Source: the human T2T-CHM13v2.0 reference genome, Homo sapiens. Taken from it: 64,000 nucleotides of DNA. Position numbers and translations under genes: made by a program. The DNA lies in NCBI RefSeq assembly GCF_009914755.1, contig NC_060929.1; one strand, given 5' to 3'. The notes under the pieces were generated by a model. That model had not been told where the DNA came from. It was given only the letters and a program-made list of their open reading frames with translations, and did not search any database. Shown here one piece after another: positions 14,044 through 28,919 of the stretch (its first letter is position 1; every line of letters starts with the position of its first letter).

Positions 14044-14957
14044 AGAGTGAATATATCTACCAAAAGTGGGGGTATTTCTTTGACTCACTTCGGTTCTGGC
14101 ACCTGGAACTTTTAATAATTCCTCTAATTACTTATTTGTTAGTTTTCAGTGTAGCTTTAATTGCCGAATAGGCACTATGAGATAAACTGACCAAGACTAG
14201 TCTTGCTGTGCACATTTGTATGGGGTCTGCAGTCATTTCTACATGAATGAGGCTTTTAAGAAATATTCCAATAAAATGACAAACCAAGTAACTCTTGCCA
14301 GTTATCTGATCTGTGAATTACACATCTGCAGTATTGTAAAATGATCTGAAGCTCAACTATGACTGTCTCAGCCCTCTCCAGACCATGACATGGATGGCAG
14401 CTGGATTGATATCAATGGAGGGAATTTTGTTTCCTCTTTCACTAGTCCAGGTATTGCTGCTTCCACTTCGAAGGAGATAATAAAATTTGTGTTTACCAGA
14501 TTCCGAATGACTGGTGTATCTATTTTTTTTTTCAGAAGATGATTTGGATAGTATGTGGATTTTTATTCCCCAAAGAAGTATTTCTTGGTTGTTTATGACT
14601 TTGTGAAGATGTCTACGCAGAAGTTCAAGACTCTGGGTTACCCCTCCTCTTTGCTAATCATTTGCTAGAGGTGCATAGAGAGAAGAAGATAGTCTTTAGT
14701 GTATCTATGTTCATATGTGCAAAAAGCCCCAAAATCTCTCACAGAGCTTGTCTTACTGCTGAAAGTAGAATGCTCTCCCTATCTCCTCAAAGATTTAGGA
14801 TTTCTCTCCAGTCTCACTCAGGACAATACATCACAGCTAATACAAGCTGAGATATGTATTTAATTACAACTTCTGATACAGTAAAAGGTAGTAGCTTGTA
14901 TAAAGTCTAGAAAGAGAACAAAATAGTGAGAATATTATCGTATGCCTAAGAAATGGC

Positions 14958-15154
14958 TTACCAGACCAAAGATCAAAAAATACTGCCAATAAAATGTACC
15001 ATGAATTCTGCATGATCTATTCAAAGTTGCTAAAGTGAGCAGGTAAAATTAACACCCAGTGATAAATATTGTCTCTTCCAACTGGAATTCTCTATGATTT
15101 AATTAAAAATGTATCCATCTTGCCAAATGATGGGATTACAAGGATGAGACATAC
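14958..15154 (+). repeat. Local direct duplication, copy 1 (of 24067-24262)
   Basis: ttaccagaccaaagatc..ggatgagacatac; 16 differences in 197 bp by manual alignment (~92%). Confidence 0.95.
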
Positions 15155-15479
15155 TTATGTAAATTATATTCTTTGTCACTCAACTTGGACCTTGGCTACA
15201 TCCCAGGGTGGACTATTTGCTAGATATTTCATTAATATTAATGCTGTCTCCCACCTGCCATTTTGACCAGTGTCAGCTTTCTAGATCCTCCTCATACCAC
15301 CATTAATCTATAATGGGCATTTCAGAAATATGAATTCATTATAATATTTTTATGTTTAAAAGTAAATCCAACCAGTGAGTTATTTGTGGTCTGCTTGCGA
15401 GCTCACAGCAAGCTGGAGAAGACACATAAGAAAAGATAATAACTATACAACGAGCTACATAATACAATGGATGATAAAA

Positions 15480-15850
15480 TAAAGGGTGTGTAAAGTCATA
15501 GAAGTCAAGAAAGAAAGTGGTTCAAGAAAAACGACCTGGTCAGCGGCAGCAAATACTGCTGCCAGGTGAAGTGAAATGAAGACATGGATGTGACCACTGG
15601 ATTCTGAATTCTGGGGATCACTGGCGATTTCTCAAGGTCAATGTCACCAACATCAATTGATCCAAGTATGATATTGCCAAGAGATGGGAAAAGAAGACCT
15701 ATGGGAACGGATGGAGCGGGAATGAGATGTAAGTGTTAGGAGGCACTAATGATAAACTTCTAGAAGAAATGTGTTGTGAAGGGGAACTGAGACTGGAGAT
15801 GCTATGAGGGACAAGGGAGGATTTTATTTTTAATGTGGGAAGATAGTTAT
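15480..15850 (-). mobile_element. L2 fragment (overlaps the duplication donor)
   Basis: 'gtcatagaagtcaagaaagaaagtggttcaagaa..ggtcagcggcagcaaatactgctg..gaccactggatt' resembles antisense L2. Confidence 0.55.
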
Positions 15851-16009
15851 AAACTGATGGACATAAAACAGAGAAAAGGAAAACTGATTTGCTGTTAGAA
15901 TTAAGTTAGTAATTCACATAAAACTATGAAATACAAATGAGACAGGAGAGTGGAGGTAATGATTATTATTGTTTTTAAAATGTACTATGTCTAATTATGA
16001 AAGAATTTC
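15574..16009 (+). repeat. Local direct duplication, copy 2 (probable donor of 13267-13723)
   Basis: Direct sequence match; the L2-like homology continues upstream only in this copy. Confidence 0.95.
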
Positions 16010-16935
16010 ACAGTCACCAAATAAATCACTGAAAAATATGAAAGGGTAAAACCAAACTATCCATAAATTAATCATTCATAAATAACTTGTTTGGTTATTT
16101 TATTAGTTCTGCTCTGCTTTTTCATTCCAGTTTTATATTCAGTATTAATATGCAGTAGGAAAATTTCCTTCATTAATCCTACAGTGTATTTTTAATCATC
16201 TATCTTTGTTCATTTTTCCAAAGGAACTTCATGTCCATTCTGTGATGTTATAAAAATATACTATTGAGATTTTAATTTTGAAGAAATTTATAAATAACTT
16301 TACAGTAGTCAATCTTATTATCACACTTCATATTTTTCCATTATTTTTATTTCTAGTTTTCTTCTTAAAGGCTCTACACATATCTTGTTAAGCTAGTCCC
16401 TGAGTATTTTGTTATTTTTATTATCATAGAATGTTTTTATTTTACCAGTTGTCACAACTGAGCAGTTGATCACTAATAGTAGCTCAGCGATTTTAAAGGG
16501 AGTTTTCCTTTGACAAGATGGATCTAGACCACTATAATGGAAAGAATGAAACAGCTTTAATTTGTGTAATTCTAATCTTTATCTAAAAATCAATGTCATT
16601 GTTCTGATTCTCGACTCAATGTATCATACTATATGCACTGAGACTGCATTTAGCCTTATACAATATGTTAGCTTCTTTTACATGGTTTCAGTGTCGTTTG
16701 CTTACTCACTTTTAGCCAAAAGTATGATTCAAGCATCTCCTTACATATTTCTCAAAGTTAATTATTCAAGCACATATTGTATAGGATTTGAACTTAATGG
16801 GGTTTGTACACCATGATCACTCACTCCTTTTGTTTAAGGAAACCTTACGTACCTTGCTCTTTGCAAATACTCCTATTCACATTTATATTTCTGAGGAACA
16901 TATTCTGATGTGCGATGAAAAATAAACAAGACCAG

Positions 16936-17839
16936 CGGAGGAGCCAAGATGGCTGAATAGGAACAGCTCCGATCTACAGCTCCCAGCGTGAGCGACGCAG
17001 AAGACGGGTGATTTCTGTATTTCCATCTGAGGTACCGGGTTCATCTCACTAGGGAGTGCCAGACAGTGGGCGCAGGCCAGTGGGTGTGCGCAACGTGCGC
17101 GAGCCGAAGCAGGGCGAGGCATTGCCTCACCTGGGAAGCACAAGGGGTCAGGGAGTTCCCTTTCCGAGTCAAAGAAAGGGGTGACGGAGGCACCTGGAAA
17201 ATCGGGTCACTCCCACCCAAATATTGCGCTTTTCAGACTGGCTTAAAAAACGGCGCACCACGAGACTATATCCCACACCTGGCTTGGAGGGTCCTACGCC
17301 CACGGAATCTCGCTGATTGCTAGCACAGCAGTCTGAGATCAAACTGCAAGGCGGCAGCGAGGCTGGGGGAGGGGCGCCCGCCATTGCCCAGGCTTGCTTA
17401 GGTAAACAAAGCAGCCGGGAAGCTCGAACTGGGTGGAGCCCACCACAGCTCAAGGAGGCCTGCCTGCCTCTGTAGGCTCCACCTCTGGGGGCAGGGCACA
17501 GACAAACAAAAAGACAGCAGTAACCTCTGCAGACTTGAATGTCCCTGTCTGACAGCTTTGAAGAGAGCAGTGGTTCTCCCAGCACGCAGCTGGAGATCTG
17601 AGAACAGGCAGACTGCCTCCTCAAGTGGGTCTCTGACCCCTGACCCCCGAGCAGCCTAACTGGGAGGCACCCCCCAGCAGGGGCACACTGACACCTCACA
17701 CTGCAGGGTACTCCAACAGACCTGCAGCTGAGGGTCCTGTCTGTTAGAAGGAAAACTAACAAACAGAAAGGACATCCACACTGAAAACCCATCTGTACAT
17801 CACCATCATCAAAGACCAAAAGTAGATAAAACCACAAAG
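16936..17839 (+). promoter_or_regulatory. L1 5'UTR with internal sense promoter and antisense promoter
   Basis: Full-length L1PA2-type 5'UTR retaining many CpGs; promoter function is inferred from family knowledge. Confidence 0.75.
17169..17384 (-). CDS. ORF0: L1 ORF0 (antisense 71-aa ORF), intact reading frame
   Basis: MAGAPPPASLPPCSLISDCCASNQRDSVGVGPSKPGVGYSLVVRRFLSQSEKRNIWVGVTRFSRCLRHPFL matches primate L1 ORF0; expression unknown. Confidence 0.8.
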   Translation of the reverse strand: MAGAPPPASLPPCSLISDCCASNQRDSVGVGPSKPGVGYSLVVRRFLSQSEKRNIWVGVTRFSRCLRHPFL

Positions 17840-18222
17840 ATGGGGAAAAAACAGAACAGAAAAACTGGAAACTCTAAAACGCAGAGCGCCTCTCCTCCTC
17901 CAAAGGAACGCAGTTCCTCACCAGCAACGGAACAAAGCTGGATGGAGAATGACTTTGACGAGCTGAGAGAAGAAACCTACAAGCCAGAAGAGAGTGGGGG
18001 CCAATATTCAACATTCTTAAAGAAAAGAATTTTCAACCCAGAATTTCATATCCAGCCAAACTAAGCTTCATAAGTGAAGGAGAAATAAAATACTTTACAG
18101 ACAAGCAAATGCTGAGAGATTTTGTCACCACCAGGCCTGCCCTAAAAGAGCTCCTGAAGGAAGCGCTAAACATGGAAAGGAACAACTGGTACCAGCTGCT
18201 GCAAAATCATGCCAAAATGTAA
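17840..18222 (+). pseudogene. L1 ORF1p, internally deleted and frameshifted
   Basis: MGKKQNRKTGNSKTQSASPPPKERSSS..DELREE (aa 1-45) joins directly to sequence for ~aa 257 onward (acctacaagccagaagagagtgg), out of frame. Confidence 0.93.
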
Positions 18223-18258
18223 AGACCATCGAGACTAGGAAGAAACTGCATCAACTAA

Positions 18259-22112
<3,854 letters not shown>

Positions 22113-23799
22113 ACAATGAGATCACATGGACACAGGAAGGGGAATATCACATTCTGGGGACTGTGGTGGGGTGGGGGGAGGGGGGAAGGATAGCACTGGG
22201 AGATATACCTAATGCTAGATGACGAGTTAGTGGGTGCAGCGCACCAGCATGGCACATGTATACATATGTAACTAACCTGCACAATGTGCACATGTACCCT
22301 AAAACTTAAAGTATAATAAAAAAAGAAAAATAAACAAGACCAGATGTTTCTTTCTCTCTTTACTTTGAGACTAGGTATTTCAACATTGGAATGGTTCAAA
22401 TATAGTAAGTAAAATACAACGCTTGTAATAATAGTTTGTAAATAAATCTCTAATTGGCTGTCATGTAATTGACAAAGACATCTGCTTCTTGGCTGTTGTT
22501 GGTAGCATCAGTCTCACCATCTCTGTCCTGGTGGGTCTGTGTTTTATAAAGGCAAGCAGTGGTGCTGGGGCAGTTACGTTTCTGTTACCCCGTGATAGCC
22601 TGAAAAGAATGGAGCCACTGATATACGTATTCTCAAAACACTAAGAATGACACATAAACATTTATTTTTAATATTTGCAACTGAATAAGGCAACTTATAA
22701 TTCAAAGCACTGTCAAACATTAAAATATAAAATTAGAAAGAATTCAGAATTCTGCTGTGGTAGAATTGCAATAACATGTTGTGCTCATGCCTGCTTCTAA
22801 TATTGTTATCAGAGTTCAAGCCCAGCTCATTGGGCGTTATTGTTTCTATTGGATTCTAGATGAAGTAGAGCAATGAAGGAGCACTGGGCTTGGAATCAGC
22901 AGAACGGACCCAGTAGTGTGGCTGTGAAAAAGCCATTTCTCTCTAGATCCTCAGCAGGGAGAAGAAGAGAGGAGAGAGTAGGCCGTATGGCAGGCATGGG
23001 GACTATGGACATTTGGGCCACTTCTTTTGAACCACAAGTAATTGTGCCTTCAGGGCCTGCTTAAGCCCCATCCTATATATTTCACTTCTGTAAAGTGCAT
23101 GCCAGCTTTCTGGCCTACTGGGCCACACACCGCTATGAGAAAAAGCGTGTTGTTGAAGAATTGAGAAAGCCCCTTCTGACTACACTGTACTTTGAGGTTT
23201 CTCTCTTGATAATGAAATAGGAAAAGAAAATTTTTATAAAGCCAGATGGTTTTAAATATTGAGTTCTACATGTTAAATAAATGATTTTTTTTTGTCAAAG
23301 CATGAAGTGAAAAGCTTTTTATATCAATATTTTAACAGTTTAATATTTATATTGGATAATTAGAACAGCTTGATTATTAACTTTAAAAACAGTAAATAGG
23401 ACCTTAGATAATCAGTTTTTCAAAATAGCAATGTAGGTACTATTGGAATCTGTTTTAAAGTATGATATACTGGTAAAATCTTAGCCCATTAATATGAATA
23501 CAAACACTATAGAAATAGCCCTGGAGGTTAAAGGCTGGGTGTCTGAATATCATATTGATCATTCCTGAAATCACCAGCCCTAAGTTTACAGCAACACTTT
23601 TTAGTCCCTATTATCTTAGCAAAATTTACATTGATTGGGGAAGAAAGAAAATTCTGTCAGTCCCTTTGCCATGCTCTCTGAAGAAGGGTACTTTTCTAAA
23701 GGAGCAAGATTTTACTTTTCAAAGCATTTTCCTTTATGAGACTTTCTTATTCTGCAGGTTTTGTTCTTTATATCCAGCAGAATTGAACCACTTACTATG

Positions 23800-23980
23800 T
23801 AATAAGCCCTTACATGTGACATACCTGTCACGTCACTTACCATGTTTCCATGACTATCATTGTTGTCATTTTACACCAGTAGAAAGTGAAAATTGGTGAG
23901 GCTCAGAAATTAAGGCACAAAGAAAGTCAGTGGCAAAGGTGGGATTTGACTTCAGAGCCCAAGCCCCTCTCACTTGCTAC
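23800..23980 (-). mobile_element. MIR SINE
   Basis: 'cattttacac..tgaggctcagaaattaaggcacaaagaaagtcagtggcaaaggtgggatttgacttcag'. Confidence 0.55.
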
Positions 23981-24066
23981 CTCTCTCTCTCTTCTCCCCT
24001 CAACAGCCCTTAATGAAAAAGCAGAGTAGAATAGCAAAATATCAAAACAAGTTATTTATGAATTCA

Positions 24067-24262
24067 TTACCAGACCAAAGATCAAAAATACTGCCAATAA
24101 AATGTACCATGAATTCTGCATGATGCATTCAAATTTGCTAAAGTGAGCAGGTAAGATTAACACCAGGTAATATATATTGTCTCTTCCAACTGGAATTCTC
24201 TATGATTCAATTAAAAACGCATGCATGTTGACAAGTGATGGGATTACAAGGATGAGACATAC
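24067..24262 (+). repeat. Local direct duplication, copy 2 (of 14958-15154)
   Basis: Direct match (~92%); abuts a MIR remnant on its right. Confidence 0.95.
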
Positions 24263-24395
24263 GAAGTAAATGCCAGATGTCTCCATTTCACAGACGAGAA
24301 AGCTAAGGCCTTGTGTGGATAGGTGACTTACCTAAGGCCATATAACTGGTTCAATAGTGAAAAACCCAGATCCCCGTCTATTTTTTGGCTCTGCC
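24263..24395 (-). mobile_element. MIR SINE fragment
   Basis: 'ccatttcacagacgagaaagctaaggcc..ggtgacttacctaaggccata'. Confidence 0.6.
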
Positions 24396-25038
24396 AGGCT
24401 GCTTGCTTCTTGCCATGGGTGCAGAAGCCCGTGTGTTTTGCCTTGGCAGGCTGGGAAGAATGCTGCGCTAATCCTTCTCACTGCTTCAGCGTTGGTGCTG
24501 CTTCTACCCTTGCTGTAATTTAAGACCTAAGTATTTTATTATTAGCTTAATTTTCATATCCTTTTGGATTTCATGTTTTGCAACGTGGCCTATATTCTGA
24601 AAGGCAAAAATGTTTTTAGGGATGCTCGGCTGATTAATATCTTTGTTCTGGTCCTTTGTTAAAATTCATCTTCCTTTCAAGTGACTAAAACATTTAACTC
24701 AAAGCAGGGACATAGCTGGACTTTCTGGGGTGACTGGGGACTGAAATGGTGGAGGTGAGAGGAAGTGTGGAGATACAGAGGTGGACTCAAGTCTGTGCTG
24801 TGACTCTTCTTTTCCTTACTGCTTCTGAGTTTTACCAGCACCTTTAAGTCAGGTGTTGCCCCAACTTACCAAAGAACCGAAGTTCAGAAAGCTTCTCAGA
24901 TGATTTCATTTATTAGTTTATTTACTCACTTGATTTTATCCATCAATCTATCCGTCCTTCAATAAGCATCTACTTAGCAGTTACTATGTGTTAAGCTGGT
25001 GTCCAGTCCTTATTTTTCCTCGATAATGAGAAATACCT

Positions 25039-25233
25039 GGGACCCACGCTACAATCCCCGTGCTTTGACTATTCTAAGTATGGTCCCTGCAACAGTACGG
25101 ATGCCACTTGGGAGTTTATTAGGGATGAAGACTCGCAGGCTGCCCCCTGGACCTACCAAAGAAGAACCTATGTTTTAACAAAACCCCTCTTCCACCTAGG
25201 GATTTGAATTACATCAGCATTGACAAAGCACAG
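25039..25233. mobile_element. MER5A (hAT-Charlie)
   Basis: 'aagtatggtccctgcaacag..cacttgggagtttattag..ggacctacc..ttttaacaaaaccc'. Confidence 0.6.
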
Positions 25234-25555
25234 TCCTGGAGATCCTCGTCATCAGAGAAGCTTGGGACATGCTTTTGGGCATTGTGTTGGAGGGTTTTGA
25301 TGCCCAGAGAAGTGTAAAGTATTTTCTTTGCCCACAAGATGCTCACCTTAAAGTCTCAAGGACTTTGCTTCTCAAAGTGACCTCCAAGGACTGTTAGTTG
25401 AAGACCACATAAGTTTAAATTCAAGAGTGCCCCAACTCTGTCATTAAGCCCCTGACTCTGAATTCAGGCATTCACCCTTCTTTCAGCCTCATCAAACTCT
25501 GCTTTTGTTTCATGTTGTCCACCTCTCATGGGGCCTTTTGTGACAACATGTTCAG

Positions 25556-25983
25556 TGCATTAGTCCATTTTCGCATTGCTATAAAGAAATGCCTGAGATG
25601 GGGTAATTTATAAAAAGAGAAATGTAATTGGCTCACAATTCCGCAGGCTGTACAGGAAGGATGATGAGGCTGGCATCTGCTCAGCTTCTGGGGAGGCTTC
25701 AGGAATCAAACAATCAAGGTGGAAGGCAAAGGGGGAGCCAGACGTCTCACATGGCTGGAGTAGGAGAAAGAGAGGGAGGGAGGAGGTGCCACACACTTTT
25801 AAACAACCAGATCTCCTGAGAATTCACTATCATGACAACAGTTCCAAGGGAATGGTGTTTCTCAAGGGAACCATGAGAAACTGCCCGCATGATCCAATCA
25901 CCTCCCACCAAGCCCCACCTCCAATATTGGTGACTATAATTCAACATAAGATTTGGGTGGGGAGACAGATCCAAACCATATCA
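25556..25983 (-). mobile_element. MSTA-like MaLR LTR, left inverted copy
   Basis: tgcattagtccattt..cagatccaaaccatatca, 428 bp. Confidence 0.9.
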
Positions 25984-26348
25984 TTCTAACCCTGTCCCCT
26001 CCCAAATCTAATGTCCTTCTCACATTGAAAAATACAAAGATCCCCTCTCAACAGTTGCCCAAAGTCTTAAATCATTCCAGCATTAACTCAAAAACCCAAA
26101 GTCCAAAGTCTTATCTGAGATAAGGCAAGGTCCTTCCACATATAAGCGTGTAAAATCACTTGTTTTTGATTTCGCATGCTCATAGGTGGAAGTATCTTGT
26201 TACTTCCAAGATACAGTGGGAGTATAGGCATTGGGTGAATACTCCCATTCCAAAAGGGAGAAATCAGCCAATATAAAGGGGCCACAGGCTCCATACAAGT
26301 CTGAAACCCAGTGGGGCAGTCATTACATCTTAAAGCTCCAAAGTAATC
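25984..26348 (-). mobile_element. MST internal 3' end with polypurine tract, left arm
   Basis: Reverse complement of 26540-26865; the PPT abuts the LTR. Confidence 0.85.
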
Positions 26349-26865
26349 CAGATCCCAGAATGGTAGCTCCGCTGGCAGCTTGCACCATGCACCTGGAAGA
26401 GCTGCAGGTACCCAACACCAGCTCATGAGGGCAGCTGGGGGGGCTGAACCCCACCAAGTCACAGGGGTGGAGCTGTCCAAGGCTTTGAGAGCCCGCCCCT
26501 TGTACCAGCGTGCCCTGGATGTGGGACATGGAGACAAAGGAGATTATTTTGGAGCTTTAAGGTTTAATGACTTCCCTTAGTCTAGGTTTCAGACTTATGT
26601 GGGGCCTGTAGCCCCTTTCTTTTGGCTGATTTCTCCCTTTTGGAATGGGAGTGTTTACCCAATGCCTCCACTGTATCTTGGAAGTAACTAACTTGTTTTT
26701 GATTTTACAGGCTCTTGGTGGAAGGGACTTACGTTGTCTTAGATGAGGCTTTGGACTTTCGAGTTAGTGCTGGAGTGAGTTAAGACTTTGGGCGACTGTT
26801 GAGAAGGACTGACTGTATTTTTCAATGTGAGAAGGACATGAGATTTGGAAGGGGCTGGGGTGGAA
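26349..26865 (+). mobile_element. MST internal 3' end with polypurine tract, right arm
   Basis: 'cccagaatggtag..gcagcttgcacc..ggagctttaag..gatttggaaggggctggggtggaa'. Confidence 0.85.
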
Positions 26866-27282
26866 TGGTATGGTTTGGATCTGTGTCCCCACCCAAATCT
26901 CATGTTGACTTTAATCCCCAGTGTTGGAGGTGGAACTTGGTGGGAAGTGATTGGATCAAGGGGGTGGTTTCTCAGGGTTTAGCACCATCCCCTTGGAACT
27001 GTCATTGTGATAGTGAGTTCTCATGAGATCTGGTTGTTTAAAAGTGTATAGCAGCTCCCTGCTCTCTCTCTTCCTCCTGCTCCAGCCGTGTGAGACATTT
27101 CGCTCCCCCTTTGCCTTCTACCATAATTGTTCATTTTCTGAGGCCTCTCCAGAAGCTGAAAAGATGCCAGCATCATGCTTCCTGTGCAGCCTGCAGAGCT
27201 GTGAGGCAACTAAACCTATTTTCTTTATGAATTAACCCATCTCAGGTATTTCTTTATGGCAATGCAAGAATGGACTAATACA
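26866..27282 (+). mobile_element. MSTA-like MaLR LTR, right copy
   Basis: tggtatggtttggatctgtgtccccaccc..tggactaataca. Confidence 0.9.
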
Positions 27283-27914
27283 TTAAGAATATCATAGAGG
27301 ATATTGAATTAAGTGACAAATGCAGTTTTTGCAACAGCTATTTCTTCCAAAGTTTGGCAGTACATTATCGTAGTCTTTAGGGAATACCAACAGGAGAAAA
27401 TGAATAATGTATATGTAAATTACTGTCTATCTCTCTATTTATGAATCTATGTATGTTAGTTGAGGAGATCCCTGAACTCTACAACAGGCTAAATCAGTAA
27501 CATAAATAACATTTTGTAAGGTATACTCTGGATGTGAATTTGTGTGTGTGTGTGTTGGGAGAAAAAGGTAATATTTATTTAAATAATTTTGGAAAGAGGC
27601 TTTCTGCTAATTTTATACAAAACACCAAAACACCAATGGTACTTCTCTGTGAAACTTCACATAAGCAAGAAAATGAAATGCAAATATTGACAAATGTCTT
27701 TTGGAGAAGGCAGTAACTACACTGAATTAAATATAACCTGTTAAATTAAACAAGTGACTCTGACATACTTTTCTTTGGATAGCTAAGTCTTGATTAATAT
27801 TCATAGATCCATACTGCTAGGGTACACACATATGTTTTCCAGACTCTGGCCTTTCTTCAACGACTAACACCTTCATTTTTATGACTTTTTTTTTTAGTCT
27901 AAAGCACAATGCGT

Positions 27915-28020
27915 CATATATCTGAGAGGAAACCAAAGCCCAGACAGGATAGGTGGCTCAGCTAAGGTCACAGACCTAGCATGTATCAGAGCTGGGATTT
28001 CCATTCAGAGCTTCTGTGAC
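27915..28020 (-). mobile_element. MIR fragment
   Basis: 'gaggaaaccaaagcccagacaggataggtggctcagctaaggtcacagacctag..cagagctgggattt'. Confidence 0.55.
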
Positions 28021-28919
28021 TTATCTAAATATTTATCTTTATTGATCATGTTGGAGATGCTGGCAATGAATTTGAGTTCCAAAATGCCACTTAGTCATGC
28101 TTTCTGTTTTTAGAATATGGAGGTTGTTTTACTCACCTTGAGACACATATTACCAAAAGTGAACCCTGTGCAGAAATCAATTAGAAAAGCATTCTATTGA
28201 TTGCAAGGTACTGAAACAAAAAGGCTGTGTCTCAGTGTGGGCTCTCTCCCCAGCCTCTGCATCTCCACCTCTGTGGCTTCCTTAGATGTTAGAATTGGGT
28301 TATGCAGAAGTCATTCAGTTTTGCTCAAATGAAACCCTGGGAATTCTTGAAAATGAGCTCATATGAATGAAAGAATTATTCCTATTTGACATACCCTAAT
28401 GAACCACATCTGTGATGTTCCAGAAATGAAAATAATCACTCATTATCTGCTTGTTCTAAATAAATGTTTGTTTGAAGTGGCTCTAAATTGGGAAGTTTTC
28501 ATTGTCAGATACCCACTTCATGAGGCAGTGTGTGAAACCCAGCCCCCCTCAGGGCTATGCATGGAATGGGGGACAGTTGGCCTGCAGGGAATGTTCCCCC
28601 TCACCACACAGGTGGCAGCTGGTGGACTCTGGCAGTTGAGTTCCCGAGCGAATGCACTTCATTTTCAAAGTAAACTCCCAATGTCAGCTGCAGTTTCTTA
28701 GCCCTTTGGGGTGAGATAATTTGTCTTGAATCTCCTGACCCACTCCATTATTATGCCCGAGCAACTGTACAGTCTGTGGGAGGCCAAGCTGCCTAAGAAA
28801 TTTCCATGCATTTCCAGGGAACTTGGCAGGATTGACGTCTTTTTGACCTCACAAAGTTGTCTTCTTCATGCACACCATCTGTTCGTAGTGGTCTCAGCCC
28901 TTCAATAGGGAATTTCTCC

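Noticed and set aside
14520-14640. Possible exon after a strong acceptor (tttttttttcag|aagatg)
   Set aside because: No convincing donor or coding frame; a lncRNA exon cannot be supported without transcript data.
17960-17990. Spliced integrated L1 (SpIRE) explanation of the ORF1 deletion
   Set aside because: The left breakpoint has no GT donor, the product expected from the nearby GC (gaagaag|aaac) is not what is seen, and the 5'UTR is unspliced.
22162-22190. G-quadruplex-forming tract
   Set aside because: Standard L1 3'UTR polypurine tract, not specific to this locus.
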